Assembly: GCA_013239625.1 (NCBI GenBank)
Contig: MU053472.1
Location: forward strand, 2,639,822 to 2,703,821
Direction of reading: 5' to 3'
Length of the DNA stretch: 64,000 nt
From: Lama guanicoe
Lineage: Eukaryota
The notes beneath the pieces are model-generated. The model made no database searches, was not told the DNA's origin, and saw only the letters and a program-made list of their open reading frames with translations. Below are positions 63,918 through 64,000 of the stretch, piece by piece. Numbering within the stretch: position 1 is the first letter of the stretch; every line of letters starts with the position of its first letter. The translations under genes were made by a program, and so were the position numbers.

Positions 63918-64000
63918 CTAAGGGTAAAAGAGAGTGAGAAAAGTTAGCATATAAAACAATCAGATTTTAAATAAACAGAATTATCCACTTGCTGAACTAG

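Overview
Mammalian genomic DNA, very probably a camelid (alpaca, llama or camel), judged from five tRNA-Ala-derived SINEs of the Vic-1 type. About 1-33 kb is mostly transposon debris: nested LINE-1s, an ERVL/MER21-like provirus remnant, MaLR LTRs, L2/MIR and a Tigger MITE. It also holds a near-identical 5.35-kb tandem duplication. A CpG-island promoter at about 33.7-34.4 kb drives RNFT1 (+ strand, 9 exons, intact 398-aa ORF from an exon-2 ATG, C3HC4 RING). RNFT1 lies tail-to-tail with the last six exons and long 3'UTR of RPS6KB1 (- strand). I found no convincing wholly new gene system. The best leads are: (1) a TSD-bounded, 3.0-kb ORF1-only composite retroelement resembling HAL1; (2) an ATF4-like pair of uORFs with an AUGA start/stop overlap in the RNFT1 leader; (3) a three-tier nested L1 sitting 29 nt from an RNFT1 exon; (4) the tandem duplication, which may be an assembly artefact. 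Repeat family names come from recalled consensus resemblance, not a database search, and repeat boundaries are approximate unless TSDs are given.
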